This document shows positions 10,140 through 23,300 of a DNA stretch of 64,000 nucleotides, in pieces. A model generated the notes under the pieces. The model worked only from the letters and a program-made list of their open reading frames with translations, did not search any database and was not told the DNA's origin. Origin of the DNA: the human T2T-CHM13v2.0 reference genome, Homo sapiens. The first letter of the stretch is position 1. The number at the start of each line of letters is the position of its first letter. The stretch lies in the NCBI RefSeq assembly GCF_009914755.1, contig NC_060925.1; one strand, given 5' to 3'. The translations under genes and the position numbers were made by a program.

Positions 10140-13100
10140 TGAGGCCGTCGTTGGAAACGGGATTTCTTCATATTATGCTAGACAGAAGAATTCTCAGTAA
10201 CTTCCTTGTGTTGTGTGTATTCAACTGACAGAGTTGAACTTTCATTTAGAGAGAGCAGATTTGAAACACTGTTTTTGTGGAATTTGCAATTGGAGATTTC
10301 AAGCGCTTTGGGGCCAAAGGCAGAAAAGGAAATATCTTCGTATAAAAACTAGACAGAATCATTCTCAGAAACTCCTTTGTGATGTGTGCGTTCAACTCTC
10401 AGAGTTTAACTTTTCTTTTCATTCAGCGGTTTGGAAACACTCTGTTTGTAAAGTCTGCACGTGGATATTTTGACCACTTAGAGGCCTTCGTTGGAAACGG
10501 GTTTTTTTCATGTAAGGCTAGACAGAAGAATTCCCAGTAACTTCCTTGTGTTGTGTGCATTCAACTCACAGAGTTGAACGTTCCCTTAGACAGAGCAGAT
10601 TTGAAACACTCTATTTGTGCAATTTGCAAGTGTAGATTTCAAGCGCTTTAAAGTCAATGGCAGAAAAGGAAATATCTTCGTTTCAAAACTAGACAGAATC
10701 ATTCCCACAAACTGCGTTGTGATGTGTTCGTTCAACTCACAGAGTTTAACCTTTCTGTTCATAGAGCAGTTAGGAAACACTCTGTTTGTAAAGTCTGCAA
10801 GTGGATATTCAGACCTCTTTGAGGCCTTCGTTGGAAACGGGATTTCTTCATATTCTGCTAGACAGAAGAATTCTCAGTAACTTCCTTGTGTTGTGTGTAT
10901 TCAACTCACAGAGTTGAACGATCCTTTACACAGAGCAGACTTGAAACACTCTTTTTGTGGAATTTGCAAGTGGAGATTTCAGCCGCTTTGAGGTCAATAG
11001 TAGAAAAGGAAATATCGTCGTAGAAAAACTAGACAGAATGATTCTCAGAAACTCCTTTGTGATGTGTGTGTTCAACTCACAGAGTTTAACCTTTCTTTTC
11101 ATAGAGCAGCTAGTAAACACTCTGTTTATGAAATCTGCAAGTGGATATTCAGACCCCTTTGAGGCCTTCGTTGGAAACGGGATTTCTTCATATTCTGCTA
11201 GACAGAAGAATTCTCAGTAACTTCCTTGTGTTGTGTGTATTCAACTGACAGAGTTGAACTTTCATTTGGAGAGAGCAGATTTGAAACACTGTTTTTGTGG
11301 AATTTGCAAGTGGAGATTTCAAGCGCTTTGGGGCCAAAGGCAGAAAAGGAAATATCTTCGTATAAAAACTAGACAGAATCATTCTCAGAAACTGCTGCGT
11401 GATGTGTGCGTTCAACTCTCAGAGTTTAACTTTTCTTTTCATTCAGCGGTTTGGAAACACTCTGTTTGTAAAGTCTGCACGTGGAAATTTTGACCACTTA
11501 GAGGCCTTCGTTGGAAACGGGTTTTTTTCATGTAAGGCTAGACAGAAGAATTCCCAGTAACTTCCTTGTGTTGTGTGCATTCAACTCACAGAGTTGAACG
11601 TTCCCTTAGACAGAGCAGATTTGAAACACTCTATTTGTGCAATTTGCAAGTGTAGATTTCAAGCGCTTTAAGGTCAATGGCAGAAAAGGAAATATCTTCG
11701 TTTCAAAACTAGACAGAATCATTCCCACAAACTGCGTTGTGATGTGTTCGTTCAACTCACAGAGTTTAACCTTTCTGTTCATAGAGCAGTTAGGAAACAC
11801 TCTGTTTGTAAACTCTGTAAGTGGATATTCTGACATCTTGTGGCCTTCGTTGGAAACGGGATTTCTTCATATTCTGCTAGACAGAAGAATTCTCAGTAAC
11901 TTCCTTGTGTTGTGTGTATTCAACTCACAGAGTTGAATGATCCTTTACACAGAGCAGACTTGAAACACTCTTTTTGTGGAATTTGCAAGTGGAGATTTCA
12001 GCCGCTTTGAGGTCAATGGTAGAAAAGGAAACTATCTTCATATAAAGAATAGACAGAATGATTCTCAGAAAATCTTTTGTGATGTGTGCGTTCAACTCAC
12101 AGAGTTTAACTTTTCTTCTCATAGAGCAGTTAGGAAACACTCTGTTTGTAAAGTCTGCAAGTGGATATTCAGACCTCTTTGAGGCCTTCGTTGGAAACGG
12201 GATTTCTTCATATTATGCTAGACAGAATAATTCTCAGTAACTTCCTTGTGTTGTGTGTATTTAACTCACAGAGTTGAAGGATCCTTTACAGAGAGCAGGC
12301 TTGAAACACTCTTTTTGTCGAATTTGCAAGTGGAGATTTCAGCCGCTTTGAGGTCAACGGTAGAAAAGTAAATATCTTCGTATAAAGACTAGACAGAATG
12401 ATTCTCAGAAACTCCTTTGTGATGTGTGCGTTCAACTCACAGAGTTTAACCTTTCTGTTCATAGAGCAGTTAGGAAACACTCTGTTTGTAAAGTCTGCAA
12501 GTGGATATTCAGACCTCCTTGAGGCCTTCGTTGGAAACGGGATTTCTTCATATTCTGCTAGACAGAAGAATTCTCAGTAACTTCCTTGTGTTGTGTTTAT
12601 TCAACTCACAGAGTTGAATGATCCTTTACACAGAGCAGACTTGAAACACTCTTTTTGTGGAATTTGCAAGTGGAGATTTCAGCCGCTTTGAGGTCAACGG
12701 TAGAAAAGTAAATATCTTCGTATAAAGACTAGACAGAATGATTCTCAGAAACTCCTTTGTGATGTGTGCGTTCAACTCACAGAGTTTAACCTTTCTGTTC
12801 ATAGAGCAGTTAGGAAACACTCTGTTTGTAAAGTCTGCAAGTGGATATTCAGACCTCCTTGAGGCCTTCGTTGGAAACGGGATTTCTTCATATTCTGCTA
12901 GACAGAAGAATTCTCAGTAACTTCCTTGTGTTGTGTGTATTCAACTCACAGAGTTGAACGATCCTTTACACAGAGCAGACTTGAAACACTCTTTTTGTGG
13001 AATTTGCAAGTGGAGATTTCAGCCGCTTTGAGGTCAATGGTAGAAAAGGAAACTATCTTCATATAAAGACTAGACAGAATGATTCTCAGAAAATCTTTTG

Positions 13101-14120
13101 TGATGTGTGCGTTCAACTCACAGAGTTTAACTTTTCTTCTCATAGAGCAGTTAGGAAACACTCTGTTTGTAAAGTCTGCAAGTGGATATTCAGACATCTT
13201 TGAGGCCTTCGTTGGAAACGGGATTTCTTCATATTCTGCTAGACAGAAGAATTCTCAGTAACTTCCTTGTGTTGTGTGTATTCAACTCACAGAGTTGAAG
13301 GATCCTTTACAGAGAGCAGGCTTGAAACACTCTTTTTGTCGAATTTGCAAGTGGAGATTTCAGCCGCTTTGAGGTCAATGGTAGAATAGGAAATATCTTC
13401 TTATAGAAACTAGACAGAATGATTCTCATAAACTCCTTTGTGATGTGTGCGTTCAACTCACAGAGTTTAACCTTTCTTTTCATAGAGCAGTTAGGAAACA
13501 CTCTGTTTGTAAAGTCTGCAAGTGGATATTCAGACCTCCTTGAGGCCTTCGTTGGAAACGGGATTTCTTCATATTCTGCTAGACAGAAGAATTCTCAGTA
13601 ACTTCCTTGTGTTGTGTTTATTCAACTCACAGAGTTGAATGATCCTTTACACAGAGCAGACTTGAAACACTCTTTTTGTGGAATTTGCAAGTGGAGATTT
13701 CAGCCGCTTTGAGGTCAACGGTAGAAAAGTAAATATCTTCGTATAAAGACTAGACAGAATGATTCTCAGAAACTCCTTTGTGATGTGTGCGTTCAACTCA
13801 CAGAGTTTAACCTTTCTGTTCATAGAGCAGTTAGGAAACACTCTGTTTGTAAAGTCTGCAAGTGGATATTCAGACCTCTTTGAGGCCTTCGTTGGAAACG
13901 GGATTTCTTCATATTCTGCTAGACAGAAGAATTCTCAGTAACTTCCTTGTGTTGTGTGTATTCAACTCACAGAGTTGAACGATCCTTTACACAGAGCAGA
14001 CTTGAAACACTCTTTTTGTGGAATTTGCAAGAGGAGATTTCAGCCGCTTTGAGGTCAATAGTAGAAAAGGAAATGTCTTCGTAGAAAAACTAGACAGAAT
14101 GATTCTCAGAAACTCCTTTG
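10140..14120 (+). repeat. Third, ~4-kb copy of block ~620-4600 (offset +9522; 4761 bp upstream of the copy at ~14900-18880)
   Basis: ORF offsets 691/10213/14974 through 4465/13987/18748, the same rare variants, and chimeric dimers at both ends. Confidence 0.88.
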
Positions 14121-17100
14121 TGATGTGTGCGTTCAACTCACAGAGTTTAACCTTACTGTTCATAGAGCAGTTAGGAAACACTCTGTTTGTAAAGTCTGCA
14201 AGTGGATATTCAGACCTCTTTGAGGCCTTCGTTGGAAACGGGATTTCTTCATATTATGCTAGACAGAAGAATTCTCAGTAACTTCCTTGTGTTGTGTGTA
14301 TTCAACTCACAGAGTTGAACGATCCTTTACACAGAGCAGACTTGAAACATTCTTTTTGTGGAATTTGCAAGTGGAGATTTCAGCCGCTTTGAGGTCAATG
14401 GTAGAATAGGAAATATCTTCCTATAGAAACTAGACAGAACGATTCTCAGAAACTCCTTTGTGATGTGTGCGTTCAACTCACAGAGTTTAACCTTTCTGTT
14501 CATAGAGCAGTTAGGAAACACTCTATTTGTAAAGTCTGCAAGTGGATATTCAGACCTCTTTGAGGCCTTCGTTGGAAACGGGATTTCTTCATATTCTGCT
14601 AGACAGAAGAATTCTCAGTAACTTCCTTGTGTTGTGTGTATTCAACTCACAGAGTTGAACGATCCTTTACACAGAGCAGACTTGAAACACTCTTTTTGTG
14701 GAATTTGCAAGTGGAGATTTCAGCCGCTTTGAGGTCAATAGTAGAAAAGGAAATATCTTCGTAGAAAAACTAGACAGAATGATTCTCAGAAACTCCTTTG
14801 TGATGTGTGTGTTCAACTCACAGAGTTTAACCTTTCTTTTCATAGAGCAGTTAGTAAACACTCTGTTTATAAAGTCTGCAAGTGGATATTCAGACCCCTT
14901 TGAGGCCGTCGTTGGAAACGGGATTTCTTCATATTATGCTAGACAGAAGAATTCTCAGTAACTTCCTTGTGTTGTGTGTATTCAACTGACAGAGTTGAAC
15001 TTTCATTTAGAGAGAGCAGATTTGAAACACTGTTTTTGTGGAATTTGCAATTGGAGATTTCAAGCGCTTTGGGGCCAAAGGCAGAAAAGGAAATATCTTC
15101 GTATAAAAACTAGACAGAATCATTCTCAGAAACTCCTTTGTGATGTGTGCGTTCAACTCTCAGAGTTTAACTTTTCTTTTCATTCAGCGGTTTGGAAACA
15201 CTCTGTTTGTAAAGTCTGCACGTGGATATTTTGACCACTTAGAGGCCTTCGTTGGAAACGGGTTTTTTTCATGTAAGGCTAGACAGAAGAATTCCCAGTA
15301 ACTTCCTTGTGTTGTGTGCATTCAACTCACAGAGTTGAACGTTCCCTTAGACAGAGCAGATTTGAAACACTCTATTTGTGCAATTTGCAAGTGTAGATTT
15401 CAAGCGCTTTAAAGTCAATGGCAGAAAAGGAAATATCTTCGTTTCAAAACTAGACAGAATCATTCCCACAAACTGCGTTGTGATGTGTTCGTTCAACTCA
15501 CAGAGTTTAACCTTTCTGTTCATAGAGCAGTTAGGAAACACTCTGTTTGTAAAGTCTGCAAGTGGATATTCAGACCTCTTTGAGGCCTTCGTTGGAAACG
15601 GGATTTCTTCATATTCTGCTAGACAGAAGAATTCTCAGTAACTTCCTTGTGTTGTGTGTATTCAACTCACAGAGTTGAACGATCCTTTACACAGAGCAGA
15701 CTTGAAACACTCTTTTTGTGGAATTTGCAAGTGGAGATTTCAGCCGCTTTGAGGTCAATAGTAGAAAAGGAAATATCGTCGTAGAAAAACTAGACAGAAT
15801 GATTCTCAGAAACTCCTTTGTGATGTGTGTGTTCAACTCACAGAGTTTAACCTTTCTTTTCATAGAGCAGCTAGTAAACACTCTGTTTATGAAATCTGCA
15901 AGTGGATATTCAGACCCCTTTGAGGCCTTCGTTGGAAACGGGATTTCTTCATATTCTGCTAGACAGAAGAATTCTCAGTAACTTCCTTGTGTTGTGTGTA
16001 TTCAACTGACAGAGTTGAACTTTCATTTGGAGAGAGCAGATTTGAAACACTGTTTTTGTGGAATTTGCAAGTGGAGATTTCAAGCGCTTTGGGGCCAAAG
16101 GCAGAAAAGGAAATATCTTCGTATAAAAACTAGACAGAATCATTCTCAGAAACTGCTGCGTGATGTGTGCGTTCAACTCTCAGAGTTTAACTTTTCTTTT
16201 CATTCAGCGGTTTGGAAACACTCTGTTTGTAAAGTCTGCACGTGGAAATTTTGACCACTTAGAGGCCTTCGTTGGAAACGGGTTTTTTTCATGTAAGGCT
16301 AGACAGAAGAATTCCCAGTAACTTCCTTGTGTTGTGTGCATTCAACTCACAGAGTTGAACGTTCCCTTAGACAGAGCAGATTTGAAACACTCTATTTGTG
16401 CAATTTGCAAGTGTAGATTTCAAGCGCTTTAAGGTCAATGGCAGAAAAGGAAATATCTTCGTTTCAAAACTAGACAGAATCATTCCCACAAACTGCGTTG
16501 TGATGTGTTCGTTCAACTCACAGAGTTTAACCTTTCTGTTCATAGAGCAGTTAGGAAACACTCTGTTTGTAAACTCTGTAAGTGGATATTCTGACATCTT
16601 GTGGCCTTCGTTGGAAACGGGATTTCTTCATATTCTGCTAGACAGAAGAATTCTCAGTAACTTCCTTGTGTTGTGTGTATTCAACTCACAGAGTTGAATG
16701 ATCCTTTACACAGAGCAGACTTGAAACACTCTTTTTGTGGAATTTGCAAGTGGAGATTTCAGCCGCTTTGAGGTCAATGGTAGAAAAGGAAACTATCTTC
16801 ATATAAAGAATAGACAGAATGATTCTCAGAAAATCTTTTGTGATGTGTGCGTTCAACTCACAGAGTTTAACTTTTCTTCTCATAGAGCAGTTAGGAAACA
16901 CTCTGTTTGTAAAGTCTGCAAGTGGATATTCAGACCTCTTTGAGGCCTTCGTTGGAAACGGGATTTCTTCATATTATGCTAGACAGAATAATTCTCAGTA
17001 ACTTCCTTGTGTTGTGTGTATTTAACTCACAGAGTTGAAGGATCCTTTACAGAGAGCAGGCTTGAAACACTCTTTTTGTCGAATTTGCAAGTGGAGATTT

Positions 17101-17349
17101 CAGCCGCTTTGAGGTCAACGGTAGAAAAGTAAATATCTTCGTATAAAGACTAGACAGAATGATTCTCAGAAACTCCTTTGTGATGTGTGCGTTCAACTCA
17201 CAGAGTTTAACCTTTCTGTTCATAGAGCAGTTAGGAAACACTCTGTTTGTAAAGTCTGCAAGTGGATATTCAGACCTCCTTGAGGCCTTCGTTGGAAACG
17301 GGATTTCTTCATATTCTGCTAGACAGAAGAATTCTCACTAACTTCCTTG

Positions 17350-20300
17350 TGTTGTGTTTATTCAACTCACAGAGTTGAATGATCCTTTACACAGAGCAGA
17401 CTTGAAACACTCTTTTTGTGGAATTTGCAAGTGGAGATTTCAGCCGCTTTGAGGTCAACGGTAGAAAAGTAAATATCTTCGTATAAAGACTAGACAGAAT
17501 GATTCTCAGAAACTCCTTTGTGATGTGTGCGTTCAACTCACAGAGTTTAACCTTTCTGTTCATAGAGCAGTTAGGAAACACTCTGTTTGTAAAGTCTGCA
17601 AGTGGATATTCAGACCTCCTTGAGGCCTTCGTTGGAAACGGGATTTCTTCATATTCTGCTAGACAGAAGAATTCTCAGTAACTTCCTTGTGTTGTGTGTA
17701 TTCAACTCACAGAGTTGAACGATCCTTTACACAGAGCAGACTTGAAACACTCTTTTTGTGGAATTTGCAAGTGGAGATTTCAGCCGCTTTGAGGTCAATG
17801 GTAGAAAAGGAAACTATCTTCATATAAAGACTAGACAGAATGATTCTCAGAAAATCTTTTGTGATGTGTGCGTTCAACTCACAGAGTTTAACTTTTCTTC
17901 TCATAGAGCAGTTAGGAAACACTCTGTTTGTAAAGTCTGCAAGTGGATATTCAGACATCTTTGAGGCCTTCGTTGGAAACGGGATTTCTTCATATTCTGC
18001 TAGACAGAAGAATTCTCAGTAACTTCCTTGTGTTGTGTGTATTCAACTCACAGAGTTGAAGGATCCTTTACAGAGAGCAGGCTTGAAACACTCTTTTTGT
18101 CGAATTTGCAAGTGGAGATTTCAGCCGCTTTGAGGTCAATGGTAGAATAGGAAATATCTTCTTATAGAAACTAGACAGAATGATTCTCATAAACTCCTTT
18201 GTGATGTGTGCGTTCAACTCACAGAGTTTAACCTTTCTTTTCATAGAGCAGTTAGGAAACACTCTGTTTGTAAAGTCTGCAAGTGGATATTCAGACCTCC
18301 TTGAGGCCTTCGTTGGAAACGGGATTTCTTCATATTCTGCTAGACAGAAGAATTCTCAGTAACTTCCTTGTGTTGTGTTTATTCAACTCACAGAGTTGAA
18401 TGATCCTTTACACAGAGCAGACTTGAAACACTCTTTTTGTGGAATTTGCAAGTGGAGATTTCAGCCGCTTTGAGGTCAACGGTAGAAAAGTAAATATCTT
18501 CGTATAAAGACTAGACAGAATGATTCTCAGAAACTCCTTTGTGATGTGTGCGTTCAACTCACAGAGTTTAACCTTTCTGTTCATAGAGCAGTTAGGAAAC
18601 ACTCTGTTTGTAAAGTCTGCAAGTGGATATTCAGACCTCTTTGAGGCCTTCGTTGGAAACGGGATTTCTTCATATTCTGCTAGACAGAAGAATTCTCAGT
18701 AACTTCCTTGTGTTGTGTGTATTCAACTCACAGAGTTGAACGATCCTTTACACAGAGCAGACTTGAAACACTCTTTTTGTGGAATTTGCAAGAGGAGATT
18801 TCAGCCGCTTTGAGGTCAATAGTAGAAAAGGAAATGTCTTCGTAGAAAAACTAGACAGAATGATTCTCAGAAACTCCTTTGTGATGTGTGTGTTCAACTC
18901 ACAGAGTTTAACCTTTCTTTTCATAGAGCAGTTAGTAAACACTCTGTTTATAAAGTCTGCAAGTGGATATTCAGACCCCTTTGAGGCCTTCGTTGGAAAC
19001 GGGATTTCTTCATATTATGCTAGACAGAAGAATTCTCAGTAACTTCCTTGTGTTGTGTGTATTCAACTGACAGAGTTGAACTTTCATTTGGAGAGAGCAG
19101 ATTTGAAACACTGTTTTTGTGGAATTTGCAAGTGGAGATTTCAAGCGCTTTGGGGCCAAAGGCAGAAAAGGAAATATCTTCGTATAAAAACTAGACAGAA
19201 TCATTCTCAGAAACTGCTGCGTGATGTGTGCGTTCAACTCTCAGAGTTTAACCTTTCTTTTCATTCAGCGGTTTGGAAACACTCTGTTTGTAAAGTCTGC
19301 ACGTGGATATTTTGACCACTTAGAGGCCTTCGTTGGAAACGGGTTTTTTTCATGTAAGGCTAGACAGAAGAATTCCCAGTAACTTCCTTGTGTTGTGTGC
19401 ATTCAACTCACAGAGTTGAACGTTCCCTTAGACAGAGCAGATTTGAAACACTCTATTTGTGCAATTTGCAAGTGTAGATTTCAAGCGCTTTAAGGTCAAC
19501 GGCAGAAAAGGAAATATCTTCGTTTCAAAACTAGACAGAATCATTCCCACAAACTGCGTTGTGATGTGTTCGTTCAACTCACAGAGTTTAACCTTTCTGT
19601 TCATAGAGCAGTTAGGAAACACTCTGTTTGTAAAGTCTGTAAGTGGATATTCTGATATCTTGTGGCCTTCGTTGGAAACGGGATTTCTTCATATTCTGCT
19701 AGACAGAAGAATTCTCAGTAACTTCCTTGTGTTGTGTGTATTCAACTCACAGAGTTGAACGATCCTTTACACAGAGCAGACTTGAAACACTCTTTTTGTG
19801 GAATTTGCAAGTGGAGATTTCAGCCGCTTTGAGGTCAATGGTAGAAAAGGAAACTATCTTCATATAAAGACTAGACAGAATGATTCTCAGAAAATCTTTT
19901 GTGATGTGTGCGTTCAACTCACAGAGTTTAACTTTTCTTCTCATAGAGCAGTTAGGAAACACTCTGTTTGTAAAGTCTGCAAGTGGATATTCAGACCTGT
20001 TTGAGGCCTTCGTTGGAAACGGGATTTCTTCATATTATGCTAGACAGAATAATTCTCAGTAACTTCCTTGTGTTGTGTGTATTCAACTCACAGAGTTGAA
20101 GGATCCTTTACAGAGAGCAGGCTTGAAACACTCTTTTTGTCGAATTTGCAAGTGGAGATTTCAGCCGCTTTGAGGTCAATGGTAGAATAGGAAATATCTT
20201 CTTATAGAAACTAGACAAAATGATTCTCATGAACTCCTTTGTGATGTGTGCGTTCAACTCACAGAGTTTAACCTTTCTTTTCATAGAGCAGTTAGGAAAC

Positions 20301-23300
20301 ACTCTGTTTGTAAAGTCTGCAAGTGGATATTCAGACCTCCTTGAGGCCTTCGTTGGAAACGGGATTTCTTCATATTCTGCTAGACAGAAGAATTCTCAGT
20401 AACTTCCTTGTGTTGTGTGTATTCAACTCACAGAGTTGAACGATCCTTTACACAGAGCAGACTTGAAACACTCTTTTTGTGGAATTTGCAAGTGGAGATT
20501 TCAGCCGCTTTGAGGTCAATGGTAGAAAAGGAAACTATCTTCATATAAAGACTAGACAGAATGATTCTCAGAAAATCTTTTGTGATGTGTGCGTTCAACT
20601 CACAGAGTTTAACTTTTCTTCTCATAGAGCAGTTAGGAAACACTCTGTTTGTAAAGTCTGCAAGTGGATATTCAGACCTGTTTGAGGCCTTCGTTGGAAA
20701 CGGGATTTCTTCATATTATGGTAGACAGAATAATTCTCAGTAACTTCCTTGTGTTGTGTGTATTCAACTCACAGAGTTGAAGGATCCTTTACAGAGAGCA
20801 GGCTTGAAACACTCTTTTTGTCGAATTTGCAAGTGGAGATTTCAGCCGCTTTGAGGTCAATGGTAGAATAGGAAATATCTTCTTATAGAAACTAGACAAA
20901 ATGATTCTCATGAACTCCTTTGTGATGTGTGCGTTCAACTCACAGAGTTTAACCTTTCTTTTCATAGAGCAGTTAGGAAACACTCTGTTTGTAAAGTCTG
21001 CAAGTGGATATTCAGACCTCCTTGAGGCCTTCGTTGGAAACGGGATTTCTTCATATTCTGCTAGACAGAAGAATTCTCAGTAACTTCCTTGTGTTGTGTG
21101 TATTCAACTCACAGAGTTGAACGATCCTTTACACAGAGCAGACTTGAAACATTCTTTTTGTGGAATTTGCAAGTGGAGATTTCAGCCGCTTTGAGGTCAA
21201 TGGTAGAATAGGAAATATCTTCCTATAGAAACTAGACAGAACGATTCTCAGAAACTCCTTTGTGATGTGTGCGTTCAACTCACAGAGTTTAACCTTTCTT
21301 TTCATAGAGCAGTTAGGAAACACTCTGTTTGTAAAGTCTGCAAGTGGATATTCAGACATCTTTGAGGCCTTCGTTGGAAACGGGATTTCTTCATATTCTG
21401 CTAGACAGAAGAATTCTCAGTAACTTCCTTGTGTTGTGTGTATTCAACTCACAGAGTTGAAGGATCCTTTACAGAGAGCAGTCTTGAAACACTCTTTTTG
21501 TCGAATTTGCAAGTGGAGATTTCAGCCGCTTTGAGGTCAATGGTAGAATAGGAAATATCTTCTTATAGAAACTAGACAGAATGATTCTCAGAAACTCCTT
21601 TGTGATGTGTGCGTTCAACTCACAGAGTTTAACCTTTCTTTTCATAGAGCAGTTAGGAAACACTCTGTTTGTAAAGTCTGCAAGTGGATATTCAGACCTC
21701 CTTGAGGCCTTCGTTGGAAACGGGATTTCTTCATATTCTGCTAGACAGAAGAATTCTCAGTAACTTCCTTGTGTTGTGTTTATTCAACTCACAGAGTTGA
21801 ATGATCCTTTACACAGAGCAGACTTGAAACACTCTTTTTGTGGAATTTGCAAGTGGAGATTTCAGCCGCTTTGAGGTCAACGGTAGAAAAGTAAATATCT
21901 TCGTATAAAGACTAGACAGAATGATTCTCAGAAACTCCTTTGTGATGTGTGCGTTCAACTCACAGAGTTTAACCTTACTGTTCATAGAGCAGTTAGGAAA
22001 CACTCTGTTTGTAAAGTCTGCACGTGGAAATTTTGACCACTTAGAGGCCTTCGTTGGAAACGGGTTTTTTTCATGTAAGGCTAGACAGAAGAATTCCCAG
22101 TAACTTCCTTGTGTTGTGTGCATTCAACTCACAGAGTTGAACGTTCCCTTAGACAGAGCAGATTTGAAACACTCTATTTGTGCAATTTGCAAGTGTAGTT
22201 TTCAAGCTCTTTAAGGTCAATGGCAGAAAAGGAAATATCTTCGTTTCAAAACTAGACAGAATCATTCCCACAAACTGCGTTGTGATGTGTTCGTTCAACT
22301 CACAGAGTTTAACCTTTCTGTTCATAGAGCAGTTAGGAAACACTCTGTTTGTAAAGTCTGTAAGTGGATATTCTGACATCTTGTGGCCTTCGTTGGAAAC
22401 GGGATTTCTTCATATTCTGCTACACAGAAGAATTCTCAGTAACTTCCTTGTGTTGTGTGTATTCAACTCACAGAGTTGAACGATCCTTTACACAGAGCAG
22501 ACTTGAAACACTCTTTTTGTGGAATTTGCAAGTGGAGATTTCAGCCGCTTTGAGGTCAATGGTAGAAAAGGAAACTATCTTCATATAAAGACTAGACAGA
22601 ATGATTCTCAGAAAATCTTTTGTGATGTGTGCGTTCAACTCACAGAGTTTAACTTTTCTTCTCATAGAGCAGTTAGGAAACACTCTGTTTGTAAAGTCTG
22701 CAAGTGGATATTCAGACATCTTTGAGGCCTTCGTTGGAAACGGGATTTCTTCATATTCTGCTAGACAGAAGAATTCTCAGTAACTTCCTTGTGTTGTGTG
22801 TATTCAACTCACAGAGTTGAAGGATCCTTTACAGAGAGCAGGCTTGAAACACTCTTTTTGTCGAATTTGCAAGTGGAGATTTCAGCCGCTTTGAGGTCAA
22901 TGGTAGAATAGGAAATATCTTCTTATAGAAACTAGACAGAATGATTCTCATAAACTCCTTTGTGATGTGTGCGTTCAACTCACAGAGTTTAACCTTTCTT
23001 TTCATAGAGCAGTTAGGAAACACTCTGTTTGTAAAGTCTGCAAGTGGATATTCAGACCTCCTTGAGGCCTTCGTTGGAAACGGGATTTCTTCATATTCTG
23101 CTAGACAGAAGAATTCTCAGTAACTTCCTTGTGTTGTGTTTATTCAACTCACAGAGTTGAATGATCCTTTACACAGAGCAGACTTGAAACACTCTTTTTG
23201 TGGAATTTGCAAGTGGAGATTTCAGCCGCTTTGAGGTCAACGGTAGAAAAGTAAATATCTTCGTATAAAGACTAGACAGAATGATTCTCAGAAACTCCTT

